From NCBI GenBank assembly GCA_965214705.1, contig CBDCCI010000002.1:1664001-1728000 (forward strand): a stretch of 64,000 nt of DNA, in the 5' to 3' direction. The DNA comes from Alphaproteobacteria bacterium. Its GTDB lineage: Bacteria; Pseudomonadota; Alphaproteobacteria; UBA828. Numbering within the stretch: the first letter of the stretch is position 1; every line of letters begins with the position of its first letter. Of the stretch, positions 63,156 through 64,000 are shown in pieces. Made by a program: the position numbers and the translations under genes. The notes below the pieces were generated by a model. The model was given only the letters and a program-made list of their open reading frames with translations, did not search any database and was not told the DNA's origin.

Positions 63156-64000
63156 TTGAGTGCCGTCAGCCAGCGGCGAAAATCAGAACGATTTTGCCGT
63201 GGGGTCATCGCCTCCCTCGACCCCGAGCAGATCGAGGCGGCGCTGCAACGCTTCTCGATGCCGAGACTGAACCTTGGCCGCGCGATCGCGCTCGACGGAG
63301 AGCGCATTCGCGGCGCCAACCGCAACGGCGAGGGCCACCACGAGACCGCGACCCTGGTCGACCACGCAACCGGCGCGCCGCTCGCAAGCCTCGCCTTCAA
63401 CGACGCAGGCGGCGAGATCGCGGCCGTGTGCGCGCTGCTCGACGAGGTTCCCGTCGAAGGCCGCGTGATCACCATCGACGCGCTCCACACCAAGCCCGTT
63501 TCAAGATCTTCACACCAAGCCCGTTTCAAGATCTTCACACCACCCGCGACACCACCCGCGACACCACCCGCGACACCGCGCGCACCATCAAGGAAACCCA
63601 CGGCGCCGACTATCTCATGACGGTCAAGGAAAACGCGCCCGAGACCTGCGAGACCCTCGCCTCCATCGACTGGGAGCGCGACGCGAGCGGACACTTCGAG
63701 GAAGATGTCGCCAAGGCCCATGGCCGCATCGAGCAACGCCGCATCGAGACCCTGACCCCGCTTCCAGGCCTGATCAACTATCCTCATGTCGCGCAGATCT
63801 TCCGTGTCACCCGCAAGCGCACCGACGCACGGCGCAACGGCACAGGCGAGACCAGCATCGAGCACGCCTACGGCATCACCTCGGTGCCGGCAGAGCGCGC
63901 CTCGCCTCAGGACCTTCTCGCCTGGAACCGCGGCCACTGGTCGGTCGAGGTCAACCACCACGTCAGGGACAAGCTCTTCGCCGAGGACGCCTGCCTCGCG
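63156..64000 (+). pseudogene. Second ISAs1-type transposase remnant (runs off the window)
   Basis: IALDGE, ITIDALHT, TVKEN, HGRIE, HWSVE; broken by short tandem duplications. Confidence 0.8.
63486..63573. repeat. 25-bp x2 and 12-bp x3 tandem repeats
   Basis: CACACCAAGCCCGTTTCAAGATCTT twice, then CACCACCCGCGA three times. Confidence 0.9.

Overview
High-GC (probably alphaproteobacterial) accessory region made almost entirely of integrated islands and nested insertion sequences around two tRNA genes. From left to right: (i) the 5' part of a type I-G (I-U) CRISPR-Cas operon (csb1/cas7, csb2, cas3 running off the window; no array visible); (ii) a MOBF relaxase-helicase module with three tandem ribbon-helix-helix genes, the relaxase being split by an IS66 that itself holds an IS110 and an IS1634; (iii) a ~15 kb island at tRNA-Met with a dead large serine recombinase, carrying an uncharacterised two-gene operon (HTH + PLD-like/VPA1262-type protein and a 714-aa partner), AbiE and RelBE-type TA systems and decayed defence-like genes; (iv) an IS pile-up (IS5, IS630, IS110, IS4) and a decayed SIR2/Dsr1-like gene with a MITE next to tRNA-Arg(CCT); (v) an SDR oxidoreductase; (vi) more nested elements including IS1380, an ORF-less group II intron and ISAs1-type transposases. 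A 2666-bp element pairing a tyrosine recombinase with an IS91-type Y2 transposase occurs four times almost identically. Because several empty target sites can be rebuilt from other copies in the window, guide-like matches to target and donor can be read directly in the non-coding ends of three IS110/IS1111 elements. All protein calls come from motif recognition by eye; no database searches were run.
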